Source: an uncultured Actinomycetota bacterium (GTDB taxonomy: Bacteria > Actinomycetota > Humimicrobiia > Humimicrobiales > Humimicrobiaceae). Taken from it: a stretch of DNA of 64,000 nucleotides. Under the pieces are notes generated by a model. It saw only the letters and a program-made list of their open reading frames with translations, made no database searches and was not told the DNA's origin. The position numbers were made by a program, and so were the translations under genes. The DNA lies in contig CAZODQ010000004.1 of the NCBI GenBank assembly GCA_964578625.1, positions 10,389 through 74,388 of the forward strand. Reading direction: 5' to 3'. Positions 9,636 to 18,752 of the stretch are shown in pieces (position 1 is the stretch's first letter; every line of letters begins with the position of its first letter).

Positions 9636-10649
9636 TTGAAGAAGGGTATTATTTTTGTATTTATATTGATTATATCTATTTCTATCCTTTTATTTACTGG
9701 CTGCAGTAAGACATTAGCCAGAGTAGATGGAATTGATATCAAGCAAAATGAAGTGGATGTCTATATGAATTTTATAGAGAGCCAGAGCACAGACGGAGAA
9801 TCAACAAAGAGCGAGGAAGAGTTAAAAACTCTGGAGGTAAATATAATTGATTCACTTATTGTTATAAAACTTCTTGGAAAATATGCAGAAGAAAATAATA
9901 TAACTGTAAGCAGCCAGGAAGTTGATGATCAGTTAAAGATGATAATCGATTCTTATACCTCGGAAAAAGATTTTGAAGAAAATTTAAAAAACATGGGTAT
10001 AGATAGAAATTTTCTAGAAAGTGAACTCAGAAGCCAGATACTCAGGAGAAAGATTTACAATGAAGTCACTACGGATATAATAATAACAGACCAGCAGGCA
10101 AAACAGTATTATGATGATAACAGAGAGACATTATACCTGGTTCCGACCAGAGTTAAAGCAAGCCATATTTTAGCTGTGTTCCCCTGGATAAAAGATGGCT
10201 CTGAAAAGAGCGGAGAAGGAAGAAATGAGGCCCTGAAGAAAATAGAAACTGTTGAGGATGAATTAAAAAATGGTGGAGATTTTGAGGAGTTAGCCAAGAA
10301 GTATTCAGATGATGAATTAACTGCAGAGAATGGAGGAGATCTAGGTTATATAAGTAAGGGGCAGACGGTTGGGGAATTTGAAGAAGCATTATTTTCTTTA
10401 GATGTGGGTGAAGTAAGCGGGATTATTGAGACTGAATATGGATTTCATATTATAAAAGTTACTGACCGCCAGGAAGAACATTACCAGGATTTTGAAGAAG
10501 TTAAGGAAGATATCAAAAAATACCTGTTAGATTCACATAAGTTGAAAGAATATAACGATTTTATTTTTTCATTGATAAAAGATGCAAATATTGAATACTT
10601 TATAGATGTAGAAAGTACTCTTGAACAGAGCCAAGAGGAAAGTGAATGA
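9636..10649 (+). CDS. PpiC-type peptidyl-prolyl isomerase lipoprotein (PrsA/SurA-like)
   Basis: Lipobox LLFTGCSK. Parvulin motifs ASHIL and GGDLGYISKGQTVGEFEEALF. Confidence 0.75.
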   Translation: MKKGIIFVFILIISISILLFTGCSKTLARVDGIDIKQNEVDVYMNFIESQSTDGESTKSEEELKTLEVNIIDSLIVIKLLGKYAEENNITVSSQEVDDQLKMIIDSYTSEKDFEENLKNMGIDRNFLESELRSQILRRKIYNEVTTDIIITDQQAKQYYDDNRETLYLVPTRVKASHILAVFPWIKDGSEKSGEGRNEALKKIETVEDELKNGGDFEELAKKYSDDELTAENGGDLGYISKGQTVGEFEEALFSLDVGEVSGIIETEYGFHIIKVTDRQEEHYQDFEEVKEDIKKYLLDSHKLKEYNDFIFSLIKDANIEYFIDVESTLEQSQEESE

Positions 10650-11485
10650 AGCCCGAGTTAAACAGCAGTGATTTGGAAAATATAGATAAAATCAGTGACA
10701 GTAGCAGACTATTTGCTATTTTAGTAAATATAATGAAAAAGCTCAGGTCACCTGACGGCTGTATGTGGGACAGAGAACAAAACCACAAGACTCTCAAGAG
10801 AAATCTAATCGAGGAGACATATGAGACTGTTGAGAGTATTGAAAATGATGATTACGGCGGGCTTAAGGAAGAATTAGGTGACCTGCTCCTGCAAGTAATT
10901 TTTCACAGCCAGATAGCGGCTGAAAGTAAAAGGTTTGATATAAGCAGTGTACTGAAAAGTATCATAAGCAAACTTATAAGAAGACACCCCCATGTATTTA
11001 ACGGATTGAATTTGACCAGCAGTGATAAGATACTGGAGAACTGGGAGGATATAAAGAAAAAGGAGAGGAAAGAAAAATTAAGAAGATCCGTTTCAATTTT
11101 TAGCGGTATTCCAAGATCTTTACCTTCCCTTCATTATGCTTATGAGATCCAGAACAGGGCTTCAAGGCTGGGTTTTGATTGGGAGGATACGGGTGATATA
11201 TTTAGTAAAATGGAAGAGGAGCTGACTGAACTTAAAAGGGAAATAAAAAAAGATAAAAAAAAGTATATCTCCAACGAAATCGGAGATGTCCTTTTTACCG
11301 TAGTAAATATCAGCAGGCACCTGGGTATAGATTGTGAGCAAAGCTTGTATGAGACCAGTAAAAAATTTATAAAAAGATTTGATTTTATGGAGAAGTATGC
11401 GGATAAAAACAGTTTGGATTTTAAAAAGCTGCCTCTGAAGGAAAAGGATAAATTATGGGAAATAGCAAAAAAAGAAATACGTTAA
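10646..11485 (+). CDS. mazG: nucleoside triphosphate pyrophosphohydrolase MazG
   Basis: Tandem MazG domains (DGCMWDREQNHKTL... and second EIGDVLFTVVN). Confidence 0.8.
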   Translation: MKPELNSSDLENIDKISDSSRLFAILVNIMKKLRSPDGCMWDREQNHKTLKRNLIEETYETVESIENDDYGGLKEELGDLLLQVIFHSQIAAESKRFDISSVLKSIISKLIRRHPHVFNGLNLTSSDKILENWEDIKKKERKEKLRRSVSIFSGIPRSLPSLHYAYEIQNRASRLGFDWEDTGDIFSKMEEELTELKREIKKDKKKYISNEIGDVLFTVVNISRHLGIDCEQSLYETSKKFIKRFDFMEKYADKNSLDFKKLPLKEKDKLWEIAKKEIR

Positions 11486-12933
11486 AAAAGACCAAGATAA
11501 TCTGCACCATCGGGCCGGCCAGTAAGGAAGAAGATATTTTAAGGGGACTAATAGCCAGAGGAATGGATATAGCCCGAATAAATACTTCTCATAGTAATGA
11601 CCAGGAAGTCATAGAGATAGTTAAGAAGATAAGAAAAATTTCTGTGGAGCTTAAAAAAAACACTGCAATAATGCTGGATTTGCAGGGTCCTAAAATCAGA
11701 GTGGGTAATCTGAAAAATAAGATAAATCTAATAAGGAAACAAAAAGTTATTTTTACTACGTCTGATAAACATGATACGGATTATTCTAACATAAATAAAA
11801 TAATTAAGGTCACTTATAATAAATTCATTGAAGATATCAAGAAGGGCAGCCATATCTTTATTGATGACGGCCTGATTGAATGTAAAGTACTAGAGGTAAA
11901 TCTTCCTAAAAAGTTTGCTGTATGCGAGGTGGTGAGCGGCGGAATACTTGGCTCTTGTAAGGGAATTAATCTGCCGGGTATATCTATAAGTGAGAATACA
12001 GTTACCAGAAAAGATTTAAAGTTTTTAGATCTTGGTATAAGGCTTGAAGTAGATTTTATAGCTCAATCTTTTGTAAGAAGTGCAGCTGATATAGAAGAGA
12101 TTAAAAAAGTCATAAAGAATAAAAAAAGCCATGCAATGGTTGTAGCAAAAATCGAGAGGCACGAAGCAGTAGATAATTTTGATATTATTTTAAATTCTGC
12201 AGATGCTATTATGGTAGCCAGGGGGGATCTGGGGATCGAAATGAATGAAGAAGAAGTCCCCTATATTCAGAAAAATATTATAAAAAAATCCAATATGGCC
12301 GGAAAGCCGGTAATAACTGCCACACAGATGTTGAATTCCATGATAGAAAGCTCGAGGCCGACAAGAGCTGAAGTAAGCGATGTGGCAAATGCAATTATAG
12401 ATGGCTCGGATTCGGTCATGCTTTCCGGCGAGACTGCTGTTGGAAAGTATCCCCTGGAGTCTTTAAAGATGATGGTTAAGATAATAAATAAAACAGAAGA
12501 CTCACTTGATTATGATGTCATTTTGAGAAATAATACAATCCTAAGGAAGAAGTTAAAAATTAGCCATAATACCATTACAGAAGCCATAAGCTATGCTTCC
12601 TGCGAAATTGCCAATATCCTAAACGTTAGAGCCATCATTTCTTCAACTGAATCAGGGTATACAGCCAGACAGGTTTCTAAAAACAGGCCTAAGAGTATGA
12701 TAATAGGTACCAGTCCGCACTGGTGGGTAGTAAGGCAGTTGATGATAAGCTGGGGTGTTGTACCGACAAAGGTGAAGTTTACAAAGAACATCGATATGAT
12801 GATTGATGAATCTATAAGTGTTTCAAAAAAGCTGAAATATATAAATAGCGGTGATACGGTGGTCATTACTGCAGGAGTTATGGTAAATAGACCGGGAAGC
12901 ACAAATCTTATAAATATAAAAGAAGTCGAATAG
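11455..12933 (+). CDS. pyk: pyruvate kinase
   Basis: KTKIICTIGPAS and MVARGDLGIE motifs. 5' overlap with mazG suggests the true start may be a little downstream. Confidence 0.85.
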   Translation: MGNSKKRNTLKKTKIICTIGPASKEEDILRGLIARGMDIARINTSHSNDQEVIEIVKKIRKISVELKKNTAIMLDLQGPKIRVGNLKNKINLIRKQKVIFTTSDKHDTDYSNINKIIKVTYNKFIEDIKKGSHIFIDDGLIECKVLEVNLPKKFAVCEVVSGGILGSCKGINLPGISISENTVTRKDLKFLDLGIRLEVDFIAQSFVRSAADIEEIKKVIKNKKSHAMVVAKIERHEAVDNFDIILNSADAIMVARGDLGIEMNEEEVPYIQKNIIKKSNMAGKPVITATQMLNSMIESSRPTRAEVSDVANAIIDGSDSVMLSGETAVGKYPLESLKMMVKIINKTEDSLDYDVILRNNTILRKKLKISHNTITEAISYASCEIANILNVRAIISSTESGYTARQVSKNRPKSMIIGTSPHWWVVRQLMISWGVVPTKVKFTKNIDMMIDESISVSKKLKYINSGDTVVITAGVMVNRPGSTNLINIKEVE

Positions 12934-12960
12934 TTTATAACTGGATATTATTCCTGTGGT

Positions 12961-13623
12961 TTACTCCTCTGTAAACCGCAGTTTCTTTAGCAGCTTATTT
13001 TCTCCGATTAGTATTAAAACATCATCTTTCTGAAACTTATATTTGACATCAGGAGGAGATATTATTTCATTTTTGCTGTTTTTTATACTTATTATAGTCA
13101 CACCATACTTATGACGTAAATTTAAATCGATCAGATTTTTTCCAATTATTGTTTTTGGAGCTGGTATTTCAACGATACTTACATCCGCGCTAACTTCTAG
13201 AAAATCTATAATATTGGAACTTATAAGGTTTCTTGCGACTCTTTCGCCCATATCTTTTTCGGGATATACTATGGTGTCTGCACCGACTTTTGAAAGTACC
13301 CGTCCTTGTGTCTTGGTCCCTGCTTTGGCAATTATCTTTTTTGCGCCTTTTTCCTTCAGTAAAAGGGTGACCAGTATTGAATTTTGTATATATTTTTCTC
13401 CAATACATACAATAACTGCTTCATAATCGGTAACACCCATAGATTCCAGTATATCTGCATCAGTGGCGTCACATTTTATAACATCTGTTATTTCTTCAGA
13501 GACTCTTTGAGTCCGTTCTTCAGACTGGTCTATGCCTACTACACTATGTCCTGCTTCTGTCAGTGTCGTTGCTACACTTGCTCCGAACCTTCCCAGCCCT
13601 ATAATTAAAAATTGTCTTTTCAT
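12961..13623 (-). CDS. ktrA: K+ uptake regulatory subunit TrkA/KtrA (NAD-binding)
   Basis: MKRQFLIIGLGRFG Rossmann N-terminus and TrkA-C domain. Confidence 0.8.
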   Translation of the reverse strand: MKRQFLIIGLGRFGASVATTLTEAGHSVVGIDQSEERTQRVSEEITDVIKCDATDADILESMGVTDYEAVIVCIGEKYIQNSILVTLLLKEKGAKKIIAKAGTKTQGRVLSKVGADTIVYPEKDMGERVARNLISSNIIDFLEVSADVSIVEIPAPKTIIGKNLIDLNLRHKYGVTIISIKNSKNEIISPPDVKYKFQKDDVLILIGENKLLKKLRFTEE

Positions 13624-13628
13624 AATGC

Positions 13629-14975
13629 CTATCCGATTGTTATTGTTTCTTCAGGGTAAGTCATTTTGTTAATTGTCCCTTTCATTGCAATAGCTACAGA
13701 AAGGGTGCTGATACCAATTCTACCAATAAACATAGCCAGTATCAATATAATCTTGCTTGGTATGGATAGTGATTGTGTTATTCCAGTACTCAAACCTACA
13801 GTACCAAATGCCGATATTGCTTCAAATAATGCTTCTTTCAGGTCACATTTTTCAAATACCAGTATCCCTATTGTTGAAATTATAACTATTGCAATTGCTG
13901 TTATTGTTATGGTTAAAGCTCTGTTTATCAATCTTGAGGGCAGCCTTCTTTTAAATAGTATCACATTGCTTCTTCCCCTGAGGGAACTGAGGCCGCCTGC
14001 AGTTACAGCGACAAAAGTAGTTGTTTTTATACCGCCCCCGGTTCCTCCCGGTGATGCCCCGATGAACATAAAAAAAGCAAGAAAAAAGATAGTTGCAACA
14101 TTTAAACCGGCAGTGTTAATGGTATTAAAACCAGCTGTCCTGGCTGTAATAGACTGAAAGAAGCTGGAAAGGATCTTAGTTGAAACAGACCTGTTTGCAA
14201 TTGATTCAGTATTATTAAACTCAAGAAGAAAAAACATAACTGCACCAATGAGTATTAGAGCGGCAGTGGTGATAAGAACTACTTTTGCATGCAGTGAAAA
14301 GTGCTTTATTCTTCTATATGTGATTATTTCTGAAATTACAGGAAAACCGAGACCTCCAAGCACAATTAAGACCATGAAAATCAAATTGAGGGGAATATCT
14401 GAACTAAAACTCTGCAGGCTGTTAGAATAAAGAGAAAAACCAGCATTACAAAAAGCACTGACAGTATGAAACAGGCTAAAAGTCATTGATGTTTTTAATG
14501 GATAGAGATGCTTGAAATAAAAAATAGCTGTCATAATCAAAAATGCAATAAATTCTATCGTGAATGTAGTGCCTGCTATTACCATAAAAAACTTTGATGC
14601 GCTGAAAGGCTGTTTTGAGCCGAAACTCGTATTAATATAGAATTTATCTTTAATATTAATTTTTCTTCCCAGGATTAATCCGAAAATAGAACCAATAGTC
14701 ATAATTCCCAGCCCGCCTATCTGTATAAGTATAAGTATTAAGATTTTACCCAGGTCTGAAAAATATGTCGGTGTATCCTGAACTACCAATCCTGTGACAC
14801 AAATGGCGGAAGTAGAAGTGAAAATTGCATCTATATAGCTTATTTTTCCACTTTGCGTCATCTGAGGGATCATCAGTATCAGTGAGCCGAGTATTATAGC
14901 TATAAGAAATCCAAGCAGCACCTGTTTAGCTATCTTGTTTTGTGTTTTGGAAGAAAATAAAGGTATGTCCTTCAT
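13629..14975 (-). CDS. ktrB: K+ transporter TrkH/KtrB
   Basis: Polytopic protein with repeated pore-loop GxG segments (GGLG, GTGGG). Adjacent to ktrA. Confidence 0.8.
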   Translation of the reverse strand: MKDIPLFSSKTQNKIAKQVLLGFLIAIILGSLILMIPQMTQSGKISYIDAIFTSTSAICVTGLVVQDTPTYFSDLGKILILILIQIGGLGIMTIGSIFGLILGRKINIKDKFYINTSFGSKQPFSASKFFMVIAGTTFTIEFIAFLIMTAIFYFKHLYPLKTSMTFSLFHTVSAFCNAGFSLYSNSLQSFSSDIPLNLIFMVLIVLGGLGFPVISEIITYRRIKHFSLHAKVVLITTAALILIGAVMFFLLEFNNTESIANRSVSTKILSSFFQSITARTAGFNTINTAGLNVATIFFLAFFMFIGASPGGTGGGIKTTTFVAVTAGGLSSLRGRSNVILFKRRLPSRLINRALTITITAIAIVIISTIGILVFEKCDLKEALFEAISAFGTVGLSTGITQSLSIPSKIILILAMFIGRIGISTLSVAIAMKGTINKMTYPEETITIG

Positions 14976-15235
14976 TGTATCTTAGAAATTAATTATTGAA
15001 TAAAATCAAACATATAGGTTGATATTTTAATAAAATTGGCAATTAAAAACAACAGTTTTATTTTTTCAGATCTAGTTTATAAAATATTGTTAAAATTTAA
15101 CAGATATTTGATTATTATAGAATATGATTTATACTTATATGAATATTTATATTAATTTTGATTATAACAGCTGGAATCATAGTAGTAATAATATAGTAAG
15201 TTAGAAAACAATATAAACATAGTAATAAGATTAAA

Positions 15236-15667
15236 ATGGATGATGATATAAAAATTGTCAGCAGGCTGTCCAGAAAAGCTAAAATTAATATTATTGTCAC
15301 TATTATTCTACTTTTTATCGTAATCACTATTCTTGCTTCAATAAATCAGATCAAGGCTATTGTTGAAAAAAGGGAAGAGATAATCCAGTTGGAAGAAAAA
15401 TTGAACTGGCACAGGAATGAAAATATTGGACTTCTTGCACTCGTAAAAAGTTTGTATGGAACGGAAGCAATAGAGCTTGAGGCAAGAGAGCAATTTAATA
15501 TGACTTCCGGTGATGAGACAAATTTAGCTGTGATTATGGAAGAGGATGGATATGGACAGGATTTTGAAAGCAGCAATTATTCAATGTCAGACCAGAATGT
15601 TTATTCAAATTCTAATTTATGGGAGAATATAAAGATTTTCTATAATAGTGAGATTAAAAGTAATTAG
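15236..15667 (+). CDS. septum formation initiator family protein (FtsB/DivIC-like)
   Basis: Single TM, coiled coil, then EAIELEAREQFNMTSGDET resembling the FtsB/DivIC motif. Confidence 0.55.
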   Translation: MDDDIKIVSRLSRKAKINIIVTIILLFIVITILASINQIKAIVEKREEIIQLEEKLNWHRNENIGLLALVKSLYGTEAIELEAREQFNMTSGDETNLAVIMEEDGYGQDFESSNYSMSDQNVYSNSNLWENIKIFYNSEIKSN

Positions 15668-15700
15668 TCAGGGATTAGTAAGATACACAGATAATTTTAA

Positions 15701-16645
15701 ATGAAATTAGCTTCTATTGATATTGGAACCAACTCCACCAGGCTATTGATAGCCGATTACAGTAAAAGTAAATTCGTTCCCCTGGAAAGAAAAATGACGA
15801 TTACCCGTCTGGGCAAGGATCTTGAACAAAACAATGTTATTCTTGATGATTCTGCGGAAAGAACACTTGATGTTGTCTCTGATTACTGCAGCCTGATTAA
15901 AAGCTATAATATAGAAAAATACAGAGCTGTGGGAACCAGTACCTTAAGGAAAGCATCGAATAGTGATTGGTTTATTTCCTATATATACAAAAATTCCGGG
16001 ATTAAAGTTGATGTAATAAGCGGGGAAGAAGAAGCCAGCTTGAGTTTCTACGGTTCTGTAAGGGAAATGAATTTAAAATCCTCTTATTTTAAGAAAAAAT
16101 ACTCTGGCAGTATTTTGGTGGTAGATATCGGCGGAGGCAGCACTGAGTTTATACTGGGGGACAGTAGCTGTAATCTGAAGTTTATCGAGAGCATAAATAT
16201 AGGGTGTGTCAATTTGACCGAAAGATTTATAGTTAACAGTATACCGGATAAGGGTAGTTTAAACAGGATGCATCATTATATTAAAAATAGTCTAAAAGAA
16301 GTTATTGGAAAAATCATCCAACAATATCCCATATCCATAGTCGGAGTGGCCGGTACAATAACTGCCCTTGCGGCTATTGACCTCGGATTAAAAAAATACG
16401 ACAGCAAGAAAATACACCGGCATGTTTTAAGTTTTAAAAAGATTGAGGGTATTTATAAAAATTTATGCAGTCTGAGTCTTGAAGAAAGGATAGAAATAAC
16501 CGGGCTTGATCCCAAAAGAGTGGATGTTATAATCGGCGGCACGGCAATTGTCACTGAAGTCTTGAGGTTGCTGAAAAGCAACGAAATTATGGCAAGTGAA
16601 AAGGATATACTGGACGGAATTATTTACAGTCTTATTGATTTTTGA
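15701..16645 (+). CDS. ppx: Ppx/GppA family phosphatase (exopolyphosphatase)
   Basis: N-terminus ASIDIGTNSTRLLIA and the actin-like ATPase fold. Confidence 0.8.
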   Translation: MKLASIDIGTNSTRLLIADYSKSKFVPLERKMTITRLGKDLEQNNVILDDSAERTLDVVSDYCSLIKSYNIEKYRAVGTSTLRKASNSDWFISYIYKNSGIKVDVISGEEEASLSFYGSVREMNLKSSYFKKKYSGSILVVDIGGGSTEFILGDSSCNLKFIESINIGCVNLTERFIVNSIPDKGSLNRMHHYIKNSLKEVIGKIIQQYPISIVGVAGTITALAAIDLGLKKYDSKKIHRHVLSFKKIEGIYKNLCSLSLEERIEITGLDPKRVDVIIGGTAIVTEVLRLLKSNEIMASEKDILDGIIYSLIDF

Positions 16646-16672
16646 TAATATAAACCAGCAAATTAGTCATAT

Positions 16673-16760
16673 GCCCGAGTGGCGGAATTGGTAGACGCAA
16701 CGGACTTAAAATCCGTTGAGGTTATGCCTCGTGCCAGTTCGATTCTGGCCTCGGGCACCA
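16673..16760 (+). tRNA. tRNA-Leu (anticodon UAA)
   Basis: Acceptor GCCCGAG/CTCGGGC. Anticodon stem ACGGA/TCCGT with loop CTTAAAA. Long variable arm. T arm GCCAG-TTCGATT-CTGGC. Encoded CCA. Confidence 0.9.
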
Positions 16761-16770
16761 TCTTTATATA

Positions 16771-16796
16771 TGGTTCGAATCCTGGCTCCCCAGCCA
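16771..16796 (+). repeat. tRNA 3'-end-like fragment (T-loop GGTTCGAATCC plus hairpin) 10 nt after tRNA-Leu
   Basis: TGGTTCGAATCCTGGCTCCCCAGCCA. Shares TGGTTCGAA...CAGCCA(ATA) with the downstream repeat family. Confidence 0.6.
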
Positions 16797-16941
16797 ATAT
16801 AATTTAAGGCTCTCCCCCAAATTCCGACTCCTAACCAAATTCCGTAAAGTTCACACAAACATATTGCTAATTAATCTCTATTATGATATTAAACATTAAT
16901 CCAAATTTGGGAATAGAAACAATATAAAGGAGGAGAATCCT

Positions 16942-17679
16942 ATGAAAATCGCAGATGGAATCGAAATGCTGAAAATATCAATTGATACCATGGGGAATAA
17001 AGGCATTATCCATCCAACCATACTCTGGGATAAAAGCGAGACTGTACTTGTAGACGCAGGATGCCCAGGTCAGATATTAAAGATACAACAAGGGTTTAAA
17101 AAAGTAGGTTTGTCGTTGTCCAAACTGGATAAATTAATACTAACTCATCATGATATAGACCATATTGGAGGTGCTGAGGATATAGTTAAAAATTCATCTA
17201 GAAATATAGAAGTAATTTCCCATAAAATAGAGAGGGGTTATATACATTTAAAGAAGTATCCAACCAAATTGAAGAAATTAAGATCTCGGCTTCAATCAAT
17301 GCCGTCAGAAATGAAAACAATGTTTGAAAACTTAGAAATTAGTTATAAAAAACATAGAGTATCTGTGAGTCAAACAGTAGTAAGCACAGAAAATCTACCC
17401 TTATGTGGAGGAATAGAGGTAATTTATACTCCCGGTCATACTCCAGGACATATTTCATTATATGTTAAAAAAAGTAAAATCTTGATTGCAGGGGATACAT
17501 TATTTATTGAAGATGGTAAATTAGTGCCACCACCAGAACATATTAATTTTAATAATAAACTTGTACTTAGTTCTTTAAAAAAATTGACACAATATGATAT
17601 TAGAAAAATTATTTGCTATCATGGTGGAGTGTATAGTAGAAATGTAAACAATAGCCTAAGAGAATTGATTGACGGTTAA
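16942..17679 (+). CDS. MBL-fold metallo-hydrolase
   Basis: HxHxDH motif LTHHDIDHIGG. Strong RBS AAGGAGGAG. Confidence 0.75.
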   Translation: MKIADGIEMLKISIDTMGNKGIIHPTILWDKSETVLVDAGCPGQILKIQQGFKKVGLSLSKLDKLILTHHDIDHIGGAEDIVKNSSRNIEVISHKIERGYIHLKKYPTKLKKLRSRLQSMPSEMKTMFENLEISYKKHRVSVSQTVVSTENLPLCGGIEVIYTPGHTPGHISLYVKKSKILIAGDTLFIEDGKLVPPPEHINFNNKLVLSSLKKLTQYDIRKIICYHGGVYSRNVNNSLRELIDG

Positions 17680-17689
17680 ATTATATAAC

Positions 17690-17741
17690 TTGATTATTTC
17701 ATTAATAAGTTGGTTCGAAATTTCGCAACCTGGAGCAGCCA
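17690..17741 (+). repeat. accessory-array hairpin repeat, copy A
   Basis: TTGATTATTTC...TTGGTTCGAAATTTCGCAACCTGGAGCAGCCA. Imperfect palindrome GGTTCGAAA/TTTCG(C)AACC. Confidence 0.8.
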
Positions 17742-17755
17742 AGCTAAATTGGTCT

Positions 17756-18508
17756 TTATTTTATTTTAAAAACATACATTGCCCAATTAAGAGTATCTCT
17801 ACCGTACAACAGATACTCCATTTTTGCTTTTTTTATTTTATTTAATAATTCAGAATTATCCGGGTCATTTGGATTGGCAGTTACATAATCATATGCTGAC
17901 CACCATTGCAAGGTTTCATAATGGTCCCAATCATCATGATTACTTACAAGTGTGTATATACAATTTAATCCTTCTTTTTCACCAACATCTATATTTTTAA
18001 AATGGGAATTAAATTCCTCTTTTTTTATTCCGCTCATTTCAAGATATTCATTATCAGGTTCTTTTAACCAGTAAGGTTCTCCTATAATAATCAGTCCATT
18101 TGGTTTTGTCATTTTCTTCAATGCTTTTATTGTCCCAATAAATCCATTGTAAACAAAGCTAGCACCAATGCACATGGTCAGGTCAAACAATTCATTGATT
18201 TTAGGTACATATTTTGTACCATCCATTTCTAATAATTCAATATCAGAGTCAGGTACTCTTTCGTTTTTCTTTTTTTCGCAATCTTTTATAAAATAAGGTG
18301 AAATATCAACTCCGATGCCGGAAATATTGAATAACTCTGCTAACCTGACCAAAGGTTCTCCTTTACCACAAGCAATATCTAAAACTTTGGAGCCTGGCTT
18401 TAAATTCAATAATGAAAACAAGCTTTCAAATTTACTTTGGCTCATAGGATTACAGATTAAGTGTTTCTTATGGGTAATATCATAATATTTCCAGATATCC
18501 ATTAGCAT
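17756..18508 (-). CDS. class I SAM-dependent methyltransferase
   Basis: Motif I VLDIACGKGE. Confidence 0.75.
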   Translation of the reverse strand: MLMDIWKYYDITHKKHLICNPMSQSKFESLFSLLNLKPGSKVLDIACGKGEPLVRLAELFNISGIGVDISPYFIKDCEKKKNERVPDSDIELLEMDGTKYVPKINELFDLTMCIGASFVYNGFIGTIKALKKMTKPNGLIIIGEPYWLKEPDNEYLEMSGIKKEEFNSHFKNIDVGEKEGLNCIYTLVSNHDDWDHYETLQWWSAYDYVTANPNDPDNSELLNKIKKAKMEYLLYGRDTLNWAMYVFKIK

Positions 18509-18579
18509 ACCTCCAAATAGTTTTAAATCAAGATATTGATTTTAGCAAAATTATTGGAAAAGCAAAAATGTTTTAAGTT

Positions 18580-18630
18580 TGATTATTTCCTTTAAAATTT
18601 GGTTCGAAATTTCGCAACCCGGGGCAGCCA
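18580..18630 (+). repeat. accessory-array hairpin repeat, copy B
   Basis: TTGATTATTTCCTTTAAAATTTGGTTCGAAATTTCGCAACCCGGGGCAGCCA. Confidence 0.8.
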
Positions 18631-18752
18631 ATAACCTATATTTAATAACTCATTCTGAGAGTATGTTCATTTTTATTTCAATCTGTAATAATAGCTGTAA
18701 TAAGATTATTGGAAATATCTTTTTTTAAGATTAAATGGAGGAGAGGTTTATT

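Noticed and set aside
12952-12990. Hairpin CTGTGGTTTAC-TCCTC-TGTAAACCGCAG after pyk as a terminator feature
   Set aside because: There is one mismatch in the stem and it overlaps the last codons of the convergent ktrA. It is plausible as a bidirectional terminator but too weak to list as a feature.
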